In this document: positions 13,576-27,530 of the stretch, piece after piece | Numbering within the stretch: the stretch's first letter is position 1 | How the letters are laid out: every line of letters begins with the position of its first letter | From: Vicugna vicugna | Taxonomy: Eukaryota | Assembly: GCA_013265495.1 (NCBI GenBank) | Contig: MU057701.1 | Span: forward strand, 1 to 64,000 | Direction of reading: 5' to 3' | DNA length: 64,000 nt | Notes under the pieces: model-generated | What the model was told of the DNA's origin: nothing | What the model saw: the letters and a program-made list of their open reading frames with translations, nothing else | Database searches by the model: none | Program-made: the position numbers and the translations under genes

Positions 13576-14334
13576 GTGGAATGTAATAACCAGTGTGGGG
13601 CTGCCAGCGAGGAGGAGGTGGACCAAGCCACTTGCCTAAAGGAAAAAAGGTGTTAGTTGGAGGTAATTTCTAGTCAATAAAAGCTTGGCTGTGGGATTTC
13701 AGTCTAGCTCAGGAGCACAGAAGGGATGCAGCTGGTGTGGCTGGTCCTTTGGTTTGGAAGCTGCTCATGTGCCAGTGTTTCCAGACTGTCCGTTGCTGGT
13801 GATGCAGCTGACCACCCAGTTAAGGTGTCTTCATCCGATCCCTCCACTGCAAAGGCACCTTTCTAATTTATGATCAGTAAGTCTGGGTGTCGTACCTGGA
13901 GATCAGCAACCTTTCACCCGATAGTTTTAGCATCCACGGACGAGCCTTAAGCAGTTATTACATGGATGGCTGCAAAGTGGTGATTTTCTAACTCTGTAAT
14001 CCCTTCTGTGTTCATTAGCTGGCATTCATCTGAGAGAAAAGCTTTCCCTTTACGTTTCCCCTACATCTTTTTAAAGCTGCCATTTGGGCTTACAAGTTCT
14101 TTGGTTACTGTCTTTTTGTTGTTGTTGTTCAAATGGTTCGAAAAGTGGCCAGTGGGAGCCCCCTCCCGTCATGTCCCTTTGACGAGACCCGTCCATTTTT
14201 CCGATACTTCCTTTCTTTTGGGAACAGAAGGGCTCGACTTGTGCTTCAGCCGTGTCTCTAAGGAATACTGGCATGTTTTTAGTGGGAAAATTACAGGACT
14301 CCAACGTCTGAAGGGGTGGAGTAGAAAGTACACA

Positions 14335-14750
14335 GTATCGTACCCCTATCTGATACTGTAACTAAAATTGTATAACCTGAATCAAATCATGAGGTGAGGG
14401 AAAACTAGACAAATCCGGGTATTGGAATGTTCTGCTTGGTAAGCAGCCCGGACTTTTCAAAAATGTGAATGTCGTGAAAATAAGACAGTTGAGGAGCAGT
14501 GGGGGAGTCCAGCTCTGGACTGCACTTGAGATCATGTTTTTGTATCAGCGTGACGTTTCTGGGTGGTAATGGCAATGCAGTTATGAAGGGGATACTGGAA
14601 TATTTTAGGGGTGATTTTTTTTTTCTGATGCCTGAAACTTACTTCCAAATGGTGCAACAAAAACCAAAAACAAAAAGCTGAAAATACGTGTGTTTACACA
14701 CATACACACAAGGCACGTGTGACACAATGTTTATCATCAGTGAAAATTTT
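14335..14750 (+). mobile_element. Ancient L1M (L1MC/ME) 3' fragment
   Basis: ataacctgaatcaaatcatgagg...actagacaaatcc...tgatgcctgaaacttacttccaaatggtgca. Confidence 0.55.
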
Positions 14751-16370
14751 CAAACCAACCAAACCTCTCAAAAGTGGGGCTATGTTAGGCTGGAGATTTT
14801 TGTTGTAGTGGATACAGCAGTTAAAGGTGCTCTGTGGGAGTCACTCTCAGCTTGAAGGAAGCCCCAGGTGAGCCAACATCCAGGCTCCTGATGCGTATGC
14901 TGATGGAGAGCCAGCCGGTCAGAACACAGGGGGCAGATGTGGGAACAGGGGACATCAGTGCAAACCACAGAAGCCGCTGGTATTGACTGAGTGCCTCGGT
15001 CCTAGGAGAAGAGAAACCAACGTTGATTGAACACCTTCCAGGTACCAGGATGCTTTCTTGTCGATGACCACAACAAGCCTTCCAGAAAAGAGCTATCACC
15101 ATCATCATCATTTTATAACCAAGGAAACAGGCTGGCAGAGCTCCTGGGACTTGCCCCCAGTCACACGGCTGCTGGGGGGAGGACCCTCTGTCCCCAGTCC
15201 CCAGGCACTCGCCTCCCACCTGCTTACACAGCTGACTCCTGGATCTGGATAAGAGATTATGTGCCCGTTCACAGTCCCTTCCCTTTAGTACAGACGTGGC
15301 CCACACTGTTGCTAAAGGGTTTGCAATTTTGTGTTTCCATCTTGAGGTTAGTAGTTGAGACTACTCTGAGATGGCCCGATGGCTCCTGGAATCACTGCAG
15401 TGCCATGGACACCATCGTGGGTGAGACTCTGCTGTCATTTCCCCTCAGAAATAATGGCTAGAAATAAAAATAGCAGCAGGGAATCCGGCTGACCTCTTCC
15501 CTGCCTTAAAGTAAAGACCTAAAATGAGCAACAAAGAATGGAAACAAAGCCCCCTTCAGCACGTGTGCTGGTTGTGCGGGAATTGGCCCGACGTGTGACC
15601 TACCACATCCTTGTCAGCCTGCCATCTCTGTTTTTTTCTTACCCACCCTGGTTCTTTCCCACTGCAGCCTCGTCCTTGCTCTCGAATTCTCAGTCTCGGA
15701 AGAACCCACCTCTAGCTTTGCCAGTGCTTAACATCCAGGTGTTTCCTTTGCCAAAGAAAACAGGAACTACCTCTGAGCGAAAAACCGCTAGCAGCGTGCT
15801 TGTCCCAGAGGCGTGCTTGCACGTGGCCCCTTTCAAATGCGTGTGCTTCTAGGTGGTGACTGGTGTGTTTCCAAGCCTTTGTTTACTTTGTCTTCTTCCT
15901 TGATTGGACACTGCTTAATATCAGGGGCCACATGTCTGTGTGAGCCCTTCAACAGCCAGTACCTTGCCTCCCTCACACCCCCCAACCCCTTGGCGATCTG
16001 TGCTCCCGTAGAAGGAAAAGCTACGTGCTGTTTCCCCAGGGGGCGGGCTGTTTCCTACCCCCTCACTTTTGCCTGTGCTGTCTACCCTGCTCCACCAGGA
16101 ACATCCTTTTTTTTTTAACACTCAGCTCTAGCTCCCTTTATGACACCTCTCCTAACATTTCATGCCCCGCCTCAAATGGCCCACTTTCTCCCCACGCCCT
16201 TTATAACATTTATAATGTGGTTTCACTTATGTGTTTATTTACATGTCGGTCTCCCTCTGATGGTGTCTTATCTCCTGTACCCCAGCCCCGTGCCTTGAGT
16301 TTCTGCCTAAGACGTGTTTGTTGAGTGAATGATGATGATGATGGACACAGTGTAAAAAAAAAATATATAT

Positions 16371-16520
16371 NNNNNNNNNNNNNNNNNNNNNNNNNNNNNN
16401 NNNNNNNNNNNNNNNNNNNNNNNNNNNNNNNNNNNNNNNNNNNNNNNNNNNNNNNNNNNNNNNNNNNNNNNNNNNNNNNNNNNNNNNNNNNNNNNNNNNN
16501 NNNNNNNNNNNNNNNNNNNN
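16371..16520. other. Assembly gap (150 N)
   Basis: Run of n, preceded by a poly-A and (AT)n tract. Confidence 1.
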
Positions 16521-19500
16521 CTCTTTCTGGATCATATTTAAATGATTCTGTTTTAGCCTCGTTCATAAAGCCAAAGGACTTCTGGAATCCTTTGGAGAAA
16601 CACACATCTGCTAAGAAAGAGGTTGCATCTTCTCAAAGGGACGTGTCGTTATTTACATCCTGACTGTGGTACCTCATCCTGACCCATCAGTGGCAGAGCT
16701 GACTGTCACATGTCTACTAACTCGCAGTTTGTCTTCCTGTGGTTTGGAGTGTTATTCCTGCATGGTTCTCTGCGCAGTGGGTCCAACATGGTTTTTCACA
16801 CCGGGTGCTTGATCCCTGGGTGTTTGTGAGAGGCAGCAAGACCAGGGTGATGGGGTAAGGGTCACCAGTGACATTTCCTTCATGTGGCATTGCCTTTGTC
16901 TTGGGGTACAATCTATCCAAGCTCAAAGTGACATGGCTTCTTTCTCCTGCTGAAGATGATATCAAGCCCCTGGAATCTTTATAGGGGCCTCAGTCTTCCA
17001 CCCGCTTTGACTTCAATGGCTCCTGACATGAAGAAGCATTTTTAAAGATGGGCTTTGAAGACCTGCATCCCCATAAAGAAGAGAAACAAATTATTTCTGG
17101 GGCCTCTTTCAAGATTATCCCATTAGCATACAGGGACATTGACACTGACTGAGCAGGTCATTCTCGTGCAGGATTTTAATTGCTTCTAATTATAGGATCG
17201 TCATTTAAGCACAAGATTAATTACCATGAATGTATTGCAAGGAACTCGATCATCTTCTAGAAAGTAAATGCATTGGCCAAGTGAGGAATCTCTTAGAAGC
17301 CTGAAAATGATGTCTTTTTAATCACTTGCACTGAAGCTTTCTTTTAACTCTTTGATGAGTGGAGGCAATGTTAAGAGGGTCAGGATGGGAGAGCAAACAA
17401 AAGCAGATAAGTGTCCCTTTGGTTCCCCACCAAAAGGTTGGAACGCATCAGCACCCAGTGTTCGGTTCACCATTGGAAACGTCCCCAGATAAACGCAGAG
17501 ATTCTTCCTCTCTTCATTTGTTTCATCTTCAAGGCTGAGTGAGGGTGGTCCACCAAGAAGCTAGAAGAGGCAGCCACTGCCTTGTGGTCCCTTCCAATAT
17601 TATGCTATTCTGATATCCCACAAACATGTTTTTTTCAAATGCTTTCTGAAGGAATCATCCAGTTAACGGTATGCACGTACTCTGATTATCAGCACCAAAA
17701 TAGTGCAGAGAAACACCAGGCTATATTCATCTCAGCTCCTAGGCGTTTCCACTTGGAAAGAGTGTGCAGATTTCCGGGGAAAATACAAGATAAGTTAGCT
17801 CCTGGGGTTGTTCTAAAATATCCCTGATGAATAGAGCAGGGCTCGGCCACCTGCAGGAAGCTCTGCCCCAGAGCATCCCCCACGGGGGACTTTCTTTCCT
17901 GAAAAGAACAGTAGTTGTATGTTACCACCCACTTTCCTTGGTAATTAATGCAAGAGTTTGTGGTTAATTAAAGACCGTCAGGGTCCCTTTTGAAACCAAA
18001 GTAGGCATTTTTTTTCCCCTAGAATAATGAAGCAAGAACAGATGTGAGGCAAACTTCCTGTGAAAGTTTTCAAGGCAGGGGCGCTGAATTTGGGGAAAGT
18101 CACAGGAGAAGGGAGTGTTGCCTCACCCGCTTAGACTCACTGGTGGCAGGGAGAGTCGTCCAAAGAAAGAAATTCTGGTTTTGCTGAACACCCTGCGGGG
18201 AGGTGGAGAGAGGAGGGCTCTTATTCTGGAAAATACCTCACCAGCATCTCTTTCCCTGTGTGAAGCCACTCTGCCTGTAGCCACCCCCTGCTGGGAGTCG
18301 GGGTGCAGGGAGTGGGGGCATATTTCTTTGGCTGTATGTGCCGCTCTCGTTTCGTGGGATCCCTGGGTGACCACCTGCAGAAGAACTCTTGCTCATGGGC
18401 ATCTACCCAGAGGCCAAAAAGAAAAGTGTGTGTTCACTACACGTTCTCAACAGCACGGTCCAGCTTCATGACTTCTTCCTCGTTCCCAGCTACTCAGGAT
18501 GACCCTGAGCTCTGTTTCAATCCCCCACCCAGAGAGAACAGGGACTCTTGGTTACCCTCAGAACTTCCAGCTTCTGAAGGATGCCAATTTATTTTTGAAA
18601 AAAAAATTTTCCTGGTACCCACTCGATGACTAACACTCCGTGAAGAAAGGATGCAGTGGACTTAAAAGATCATGAAAATGATCTGGTTTCAGAGGATACA
18701 TGGCCTTGGCTTTGGAGTCAGATAGACTGGATTTGACTCGCAGCTCCAACACCAACTGATGCTCAGTATTAGGGACCGTTCCTCCATGCATAAGCCACAT
18801 TTGTCCCGGTCACATTTGTGTTACATTGTTCAATGAATCGGAGTGTATCACTTTATTGACACATTAGCTCTTTCTGTCCTGACTTGTTCGTGACCTACCT
18901 TAACCCCAGTGAGACTCCAGCTACACTCAGGAACATCTCATCCGAGGTTTTGTTTGTTTTTCCCTTTACCATGTCTCCCAAGCACGGCCCACGGCTCACT
19001 GTGGAGTCATCACTCTCTGAACTGCAAGAGCCCTGTGCGAGTGGAACGGTTGCATATTAAGCTGAGGAGATGAACCTTAAAGATTCTAACTTGCTGTGGA
19101 CCTTGGCTTCGTCGGTTAAACTTTGTGTTTCCCTTTCCTCATCTGCAAATTCTAACGAAGGCACTTGGCCTGTATGAACCCCGAGGCCTCCTTCAGCTCT
19201 AGGGTTGCCGTGAGAGTCATTTCAGGAAGGAGCTAAACACTGGTGCCCGGCGGCGTGTGCCCTCTTGAGGAGCTGACAGTAGAGTTGGAGACTCCAGGAA
19301 CCCAGCACCTGGATGAGGTCTGGGATGCGTTTGGTCCCGCGATGTGGTCCTGTATAAAAACCAAGGCTCAGAGAGGGAGCTGGACTATTAGGTGGGGTTT
19401 TTTGGGTTGTGAGGGGCAAAACCAAGTTTCAGCCCCCTCTTAGAAAAGAGAGCCATCCAGAGAAAACTGGGGTGTCGTATGAACTCAGGGGTGGGAATAT

Positions 19501-22500
19501 GGTTCTGTGGGACCATAGGAGCGGCTGGAAGCGGAGGCTGGCTTTCTGTATCCCACCTCTTCTTTCTCTGTCCTGCTGGCGTTTGTCTGTTTCATAGCAG
19601 GCTAACTTTCTCCGCATTGCAGAAGGCACGGCCCGAGCTTTGCCTCTTACAGCTTCATCTCTCCCTCCTGTGGTGTCGGGCACGAATCCAGACGTCCCAG
19701 GGAAGGATTCACTGGTTCAGGTCGGGCCGTGTGCCACCCCTGCACCCATGGACTGTGGCTGAAGGGCAGGGTTTTATAAGAGGGCAGTTAAGGGCGGGGG
19801 AAGAAAATTTTGCAGATGTTGCCAAGCAAACAAAACAACAAATACTGCAATACTTCCATAAGCCATTCGCCAGGGTTGATTAGGGGGTGAGGACACTATC
19901 TTCTCCTTCGATGCCTTGTTCCCTCAGCTGTGTTGCACATGTGTGAAACAGCTAAAGGGCAGCGGCAGTGGCTGAGCTTCTGTACGAAAGTTGGGTATGA
20001 CTCCTAAGTCCCTTTGGAACCAACGAACATATTCTGGGCCTGGCCAGTTTCCAGAAACAGGCAAAGATAAAGAAAACATTTTGATTTGGTAACGCTTGTC
20101 CAGTCCAGCCACCTGGCATGTTAATGACACCCTTCTTATTTAGAAGCTGTGAAACAGCCCACCAGGTTGTAAGCATCACTGATATTGATGGAGAAGAGGT
20201 AATGGCTGTCCCTGCTGCAGGAAGCAGAGTCCTCTGAATGGAGCCACAGTTAGAATGCAGAACAAGTGGCCAGGAAGGGTGGAAACGTTTGATTAGGGCC
20301 TGGGACCTGGGCAAAGCCCCCCAGCCTGCATTTGGGGCTGTTTGGCCTGAAACGACTCTCCGCCCCCCCTCCCCGGGCAGCGCCTGCAGGCTGATTGCTT
20401 ATTTGCTCCTGGCAGCCCTGCGCCTCTCACCCCCAAAGCTGTTGCTTTCATGAAGGATTCCAGCTGTGAGAACGAACTCCCTGGTGACACACAAACAATG
20501 CCTCTGGTTTCTTCGCCTCTCTCTCCGAGAAAGGCCAAGCTTCCATTCAGCCGGGGAAAGAAAAGCAAGGGACATTTTACCCTTGAATCCCCGCCATCCG
20601 TCAGTCCTTCTCGCCAGCGGGGAAGTGATATGTCTCCTGCTCGGTTTGCAAACTGTGGCGATTTTGCTCCAAGTGGCAGGTCCCCTCCCTGCTATGTCCT
20701 CCCCAAAGCACTTGGATCTCTGATGCCCCCACCGTCAAGCCTCGCGGGGAATGGAATCCTCGCCCTGTGCAGAGTCTTTGAGCCGTGGGTTCTCCCATGC
20801 TGGCTGTCTTCCCTCCTCATCTCTCTCTCTCTACCTGACATGTGCCGATTCGCTGATGGCCTCAGCACCGCGGCTCAGTGCTGCACAAACAGCTGGGTCA
20901 TCATCTCACTGGATTAAAACTTTTACATCCAAGATGCTCGGCCCCCAGTCCTGCCTTTTTCAGAGTTAATTTAGTCTCACATTAGGTTTGATGCACGTGG
21001 TCGCCTTGCGCACATCGAAAGTGTTGACAGATGGGCTAAGTCAGAGAAAGATCCCAATGGGAATGAGAACATCCAGATTTAAAAAAAAAAACAAAAAACA
21101 AGAAAACTGTGGGTGAGGTGATAAGAGGCTTTGGCAGGTGAAAATCTCTTAGCCCTGCCGTGGTAAGTTTAATGAATATTTATCTTCAGCTTTGTGTTCT
21201 CAGATTAAAGGCTGCAATATTAGAACAGATAGAAAGTCTGGAGGGAAATGACTTACTATCGTCTCTCTCTCTCCGAAGACTGTGGTGTTCCGGAGACAAG
21301 TGCTAATACCAGCCTCTGGTTGGCATGAACCCCTCCCGCCCCTAATAGCCCCTGATGAGCAATGAGCCCATTGTTGGTGACCAGGAAAGTCCAGGAGAGC
21401 CGTTGGTCCTGCAGGTGATGGGAACAGCCCCGGGGCGGGGCGGTTGGTCCCTGCCCTGCCAACCGAGGGTGCAAGGCCCTCGCAGGAGCACTGTCTCTGG
21501 CTAACGAGGCGTCATACCCGATGCTCAGCCAGCACATTCCAGGCAGGGAAGCCCAGCAGAGGCCCCCGGAAGATGGGGCTCCCTCAGGCAAGCTACCAAG
21601 AACAAATTCCTGCTTATAACCAGCCCCAAACTCTTCTGCACTTAGCCCCTCTTGTAAAGGCGATAGAAAGAAGCTTGGTTTCATTGGGCTTTGTCTCTTG
21701 AGGGTTCAGCGACTCCAGAGCAAAAAAATTAAGAATCAACAAGCACTTTTGTCTCTGTCTGCCACGCTGACGTGCATGCTTATAATTTTATTAGCGGCTG
21801 CCTGGGAGCCAGGCCTGATTTAATTTAATTTAATCTCCTTGGTTATTTTCAGTTCAGCTCAGTCTATTTTAAGCACGGATGCAGGGGAAGCCATCAGACC
21901 GAGGGGGCGGCTGAGGAAGAGAGGGAGGAGGTCCCTTCCGCTCCCCTCCCTGGTTACTCACGCTGAACCCCTCCCCAGAGAAAGTGAATGACTTCATGGA
22001 GACAGGTCTGCCAGACCAAGTTCTAGTTCCCACCGAGTTCCCCTGTAGCCTCATCACCCTGTTTCTCTGAGTAAAGAAGTGTTCCATCAGCTCAGGGAGG
22101 GGTGTGGCGCGGAGAAGACTATGACGCAGCCAGAATGACAAACGGAGCCATTCTCCCTAGTGCCAGGAGAGGACCGCAGCATGGCACCTTCCCTCGGCCC
22201 CTCCCTTTCTCTTCTTAGCAAACTACTGTCTTTCCCTGTGTTGTTGTAGCTCTTTTTCTCTGGAGTGCCCTGATGCTGTGCGATCAGGAGTTTGAGAGGC
22301 AGGATACCAGGCTCTCCCAGTTTGATGGGTTTTGTCTTAGTCAGTGCGTGAGACAGACGCTCCCTCAGTGAGACCCAGAACTGAAAGTCTTGTCCCCTGG
22401 AGCTGTCATGCCAGCTGTGAGCCCGGGAGCAGTGTCCCCAAGGCCACTCTGTCATTCACTGCTCTTGGGGGGACCCCTGAGAGTGTGCATTTGGTTTGCT

Positions 22501-22734
22501 AACAAGAGTGATTCAGAACAAGAGTCTTTCCCAGTTTTATATGCCATCTCCGGACGTGGAAGGGTCCATCCCTCCTGGAGTGTTGGTCCCGTGTGCCCGG
22601 GGCGCTTACGAGGCTTACCTCCTGTGCAGAATCCCTGCATCTCCAAGGGTGCCTGGCACAGAGCTGGCCTCAGAGCATGTCCCTATGACGACTGCTTTTT
22701 TCCCGAATGATGCTGATAAGAACACCTACCACCA

Positions 22735-22925
22735 GCTGGGGGCTATTAACTGCTTACTTTGTGCCGGGCACTATGCCAAGGGCTTGACTTGCATGATCTC
22801 GTTTAATACTTAGAGTTCCTACTGGGTGAGACGCTTGTTATCTCCGTTTTAAAGATGAGGAAGTGGAAGCTTAGAGGGTCAGGGACGTGCCAGGTGACAA
22901 GGTGGAGCTCGAACTTGAATCTGAG
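22735..22925 (-). mobile_element. MIR SINE fragment
   Basis: tactttgtgccgggcactatgccaag...ctccgttttaaagatgaggaagtggaagcttagagag. Confidence 0.7.
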
Positions 22926-25277
22926 CAGAACGTTTCTGCTCCATGTCCCGGGAATTTCCACGAGAACACAACCAAAAGTGTTTCTGGTGCAGGCTGATGA
23001 GCATGAGCGTTGGTGGCTCTCCCCACACCCCTCCAGGTGGAGGTGCTCTGAGAAGAGGGAGCCCTGCCGGGTTTGGGGCTGAGGGTAGGACTGGCCGGAG
23101 GGGGTCTCGAGTGGCTCAGGTGTCCTTCATGGTTCATGGCAGTCCGACCGGTGGGTCTGTTGGCCACTCCCTCCTCCATACCAGGGCTGCAAAGCTTGAT
23201 GCTGTTCAGTATGCAGCCTGCTGCCCCCACCCCAGACACCCTGAATCCAGCCCTCCAAGAGTGGAACCTGCACGTATGTTGTGCGTGAATTCTCCACCGT
23301 GATTCATGCACAGAAACGTTTGAAAACCACAGATCTGGGTATTTCAAGCTCTAGTCTTGTGGCAGATTCAATTTTCTTAAAACAAAAACAAAAAAAAGTG
23401 TCCATATGTTTGGGATGATGTTGGAGGGTTGGTTATTAGGATCAGAGCACTCTGTTACCCAAAACAGACATACATGTTGGAAACGCAGCGGCATCTGAAG
23501 GCAGGAGCGCAGGTGATGCCAATTCTGGTCTTCCATTCTGAAGGCACCAAGTTTCACCCAGTGGTGGCCCTGGCCCCTGGAGACCAATTCCAACACAGTC
23601 CTGATGAGTAGTACCCCAGGATGCCACTTTATTAATTTAGAGAGAAAAAGGAAACTGGCCATGTATGTGTCTTTAGACTTGATCAAAGCACTCTCTGCAG
23701 TGCAGTCAAGCTATACCTGGAGACAATTCATAACAAACCCATTTTATTGATTTGCCCTGTAAAACACTGTCCCGTAGACTGCCAGTAGCAGGAATCCACT
23801 GGGGTCTTGCCTTCTTGACCAGTAGACAGACGTCAGGGGACTCGGAACACTGCCAGGCAAAGATGGAGTTATGACAAGGGAATCGGGTAACTGTTTAATG
23901 GCGTCAGGCTAAGATTTAACATTTATCTCAAAGAAGAGGCAGCTGTGCTCCTGGGGCCAGAAGCACTTGAACATAAATGCTCAGCCCCTTCTCCCGGGGC
24001 CAGTTTCACAGATTCTCCTAGTGGTGGCCTCAGTGTCTCTGCTTTTCCTCTCTTGTTTGAATATCTTCACGCCAGACACTGGCTGTTCTTACAAGTCTAG
24101 GAGCTACTCATCTCCTTCAGAGGACTGTGCAGAGCTCTGCTCTGACCCAGTGTTGAAGGAGCCGGGGGTTTGTCGATTCCCAGAGATGACTCTTGCTTCC
24201 CTCATTTCCTGAGGAAAGAGGAGTCGCTTCATCATAGCCCCAGGTTTCAAGTTCCTTCATCTTCAGCCTCTGCAGAAATCATCTTTCCCCAAATCTGATT
24301 CCGTCTTTCCAGATGATCTGGATGAAATAACTCCAAGTAGTAGAGGAGGAATGTTTATGTGAACTTCAGATCTGTGGGTGTACCCCCCTCACCCCCAGCC
24401 TCACTCCTACCCCATCCCAGCTCTAGGGGGTCAGGGAAGACTCCAAAATTATACGAAAAATGTTGTGTCTACATTCTGGGAGGGAGAGCAGCCGCAGCTG
24501 CCATCCTCTCTGAGGCCTCCTATGAACCCCCACCTCCATTTAGGCATTATTTCCAGAATGAAGCTCAATGAGAAGGAAGCATCACTTAAAGAGTTTGGAG
24601 AAACAGAGTATTTTCCCCCAAATTTCTCACACAGCCAAATTGCCATTCAAGCCGCACATTCTCAGATATACGAGGGCTCAGAATATACATCAGCTGCATG
24701 CCTTTCTTGAAAAGAAGTTATTTAAAGGCCAGCGAAAGAAGACTGCAGGACAAAAATGAGGCAAAATTAAAACTTCAGGAATGGGGAGGTCCTAAGACAG
24801 AAGGATAAGCAGTAAGCATTAAAATCAGTTGGACATCCTGATGTGGAAAATAATTTATTGAAAACTATCAATCATGTGACAATCATAACCATGATTAAGA
24901 ATCTCATAATCTAGGTAGTTTTACGGTAACAAAACTGAGAAATGGGGGTGGGTGGTGGTGTGGGGGGATAGGGGAGTAGACCACGGCCATGCAGGTCTTC
25001 ACGCTGGAGGGAGGGGCTCCGAAGATTCGTTTACTCTTTTCCTTGATGACTGGAGAAACAGAATTTAAAAAAAAATGTTTGGGCCTGAATCTTTAAGACT
25101 GTCATCAGTGGAATTAAAGCAAGATTTATACGTTCTAAAATTTCTGGGAAAGGTTAATGAAAATAAAACACCATGTAACAAAGGACTGGAAACAAAACAA
25201 ATAACCAGGAGATGTTAGGTAACAGAGTTGGATAAGGTGTTAGGTAAAGAGTGAAAACAAAAGTGGGGCGAGGTGGA

Positions 25278-25409
25278 GGGGAGGGTAGAGCTCAGTGGTA
25301 GAGCACGTTCTTAGCATGCACAAGGTTCTGGATTCAATCCCCAGTACCCCCATTTAAATAAATAAATAAATGCCTAATTACCTCCCTCCCTGAAATGAAA
25401 AAAAAAAAA
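25278..25409 (+). mobile_element. tRNA-derived SINE (vic-1-like)
   Basis: ggggagggtagagctcagtggtagag (A box), ggattcaatcc (B box), (taaa)n, cctaattacctccc, poly-A tail. Imperfect TSD aaaagtgggg-cgagg / aaaagtggg-agagg. Confidence 0.9.
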
Positions 25410-25411
25410 GT

Positions 25412-25640
25412 GGGAGAGGCAGTTCAGTGTAGGCGTTAAAAGTGTATGGAATCCAGCTGCCTGTCTTCCCCCTCCCCGCCCGCTATTAGCTGAGTAACCT
25501 TGTGCCAGGTACCACGTAATCCCCCCAGTCTCAGCTTCCCGGTCTGTAAACTGTGGATTCCAAGTAGGGTCATTATGGGGGCTTAATAGATCCAAAGTCC
25601 TGAGCATTTTTTGCCTGGTACATACTTGTGCTCAGAAATA
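25412..25640 (+). mobile_element. MIR SINE fragment
   Basis: gctattagctgagtaaccttgtgccagg...gtctcagcttcccggtctgtaaa...gcctggtacatacttgtgctcag. Confidence 0.6.
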
Positions 25641-25721
25641 CAGGCTTAAACTGCCCAGAGTTTCCAGACCTTTTTAAACAAAAATTCAGTGATGTATATT
25701 CTATTAGTGAAATTTACATCT

Positions 25722-26191
25722 TGTAGGAAAGGAGAAAAATCTTCTTTCTTTCCTGCCCAGGTTCATAGCTGGGGCTCTGTAACAAAAGACATAACTAATG
25801 AGAAAAACATACACATTTATTTAATATACATTTTACAGGACCCAGGAGCCTTCATAAGGAAATAAAGACCCAAAGAAACTGTTGAACCTGACTGTTTTTG
25901 TCCTAGGCTTGACGAAAAGTGGAAAGTTGTGGGGAAATCTAGGACAGAAGGATGAGTGAGCTCAGAGAGGGGACTTGGCAAGGCCCTGCATTTGCATCCC
26001 TGCCCGGGTTCCTCTGTTTTCAGAAATAAGGGTGTCTCTTGCCTCCGCGTCTCACGTGAAGGTTTTAAGATGGGAGATGGGAAAGGTCAGAGGGTCCTTT
26101 CTGCATCAGCTGTTTCTCAGATTCCTTCAGCTGGAAACAATTTAATATGCCAAGATGTTATATTCTGGGGATGGAAGTGTCCTGAACCCTA
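25722..26191 (-). mobile_element. ERV1-class solo LTR (MER34/MER39-like)
   Basis: ataaagacccaaagaaact...attccttcagctggaaacaatttaatatgccaag...ctggggatggaagtgtcctgaaccc. Family recognised by eye only. Confidence 0.55.
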
Positions 26192-26199
26192 GAAACCTA

Positions 26200-27530
26200 A
26201 AGCAAAAGCCGTGAACACTAAGAATAAAGAATGGACAGAGAGCTTTCAGGTGAACAGAGGAAAAGCAGCTGAAGGAGAGAATTGCCATGAAAACTAGGCA
26301 CCTTGATGCAAAAGGCTGTACTTCACAACGGGTTGGAAATTTGAAACAATGTCAAGTGTAGGCTTGTGGCAAAAGTAACAGAAAGTTGAATATGACCAAA
26401 GAGATGGCCCAGCGTAAACCAGCAGAAGCCACAGAATCCAGTGGAGATTCACGTCACAAATGTTGCTGGGAAAGTTGTCTAAACATTTGGAAGACAAGAT
26501 AAATCAGATCTTGCCTCACACTGTGCACCAAAATAAACTTCAAATGGGTTTAAAAGTGAAATATAAAAAAGAAACAAATTGATGAAAGAAAATACAAGTG
26601 AATATGTGGCTGATTTCAGAAAAGGCAAGGGAAGACAAGAAAAGGCCGTCCTCTAAATGTAAAAGAAACGGAAAAAGTGAAAAAGGGACCGTGTGATGGA
26701 TTTAACTGTATACAAACGTCAGCCACTGTGTTTCTAGAAGCGCAGTTAATGAAATCTAAATGAAGTCTGCAGCCAATACAACAAAGGGCCACTGCCATTC
26801 ATTCACGTCCAAAGAACTCTTTTGACCTGGTGGGAAAATTCTTTAACACCCTGTAGGAAATTTGAACAAGGAGTAAATCAAAGAAAAAGAAACACTAACG
26901 GCCAAATAACCATGTCGTGGGGGTGGGGTATGGGGAGTTAAACCACAGAAATAATCAAGGAAGTCAAAATCACAATGCTATTTTTTAACTTTTGTCCCCA
27001 CACCCTTCCTAAGGTTTGGTTAGGGCGGCTTGACTTTGGGGGGAGTGATTTGGCACTGTATGTCAAGAGTCTGGAATGGTTTTTGTTCCCTCTGACCCAC
27101 TTCTAGTAAAATAATGTCCCCTGGGGAAAAACATCAAACTCAGATGAATATTTATTTATGCATGAAGATGATCAGTTGCCATATCATTTATAAAGGTGGA
27201 GAATTGTAAACTACAAATTGGCCCCAAACAGGGAATGGATTAAATAAACTATGATATAGCTGGAAGATGGAATGTTAGACATTTAAAATGATTTCAAAGC
27301 ATGCCTTGTTATGGTATAAAGCAGGTTGTTCCTAGATGTGAATGCTGTAAAAATAAATAGTATAGATAGATGCAAAGGAAGAGACTGGCACACCAAGATG
27401 CCAACAAGGGTTCTCTCTGCCAGCAGAAGTATAGGTGATTTAAATTTTCTTCTTTATACTTTCAGGTATTTCCATTTTTGTATGATGGGTGTATCCATTA
27501 CTCTCATAATAAGAAAGATAAATATTTCTT
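26200..27530 (+). mobile_element. Degraded ancient L1ME ORF2/3' end
   Basis: A-rich: ctcacactgtgcaccaaaataaacttcaaatgg...gggaatggattaaataaactatgatat...ataggtgatttaaattttcttcttt. Confidence 0.7.
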
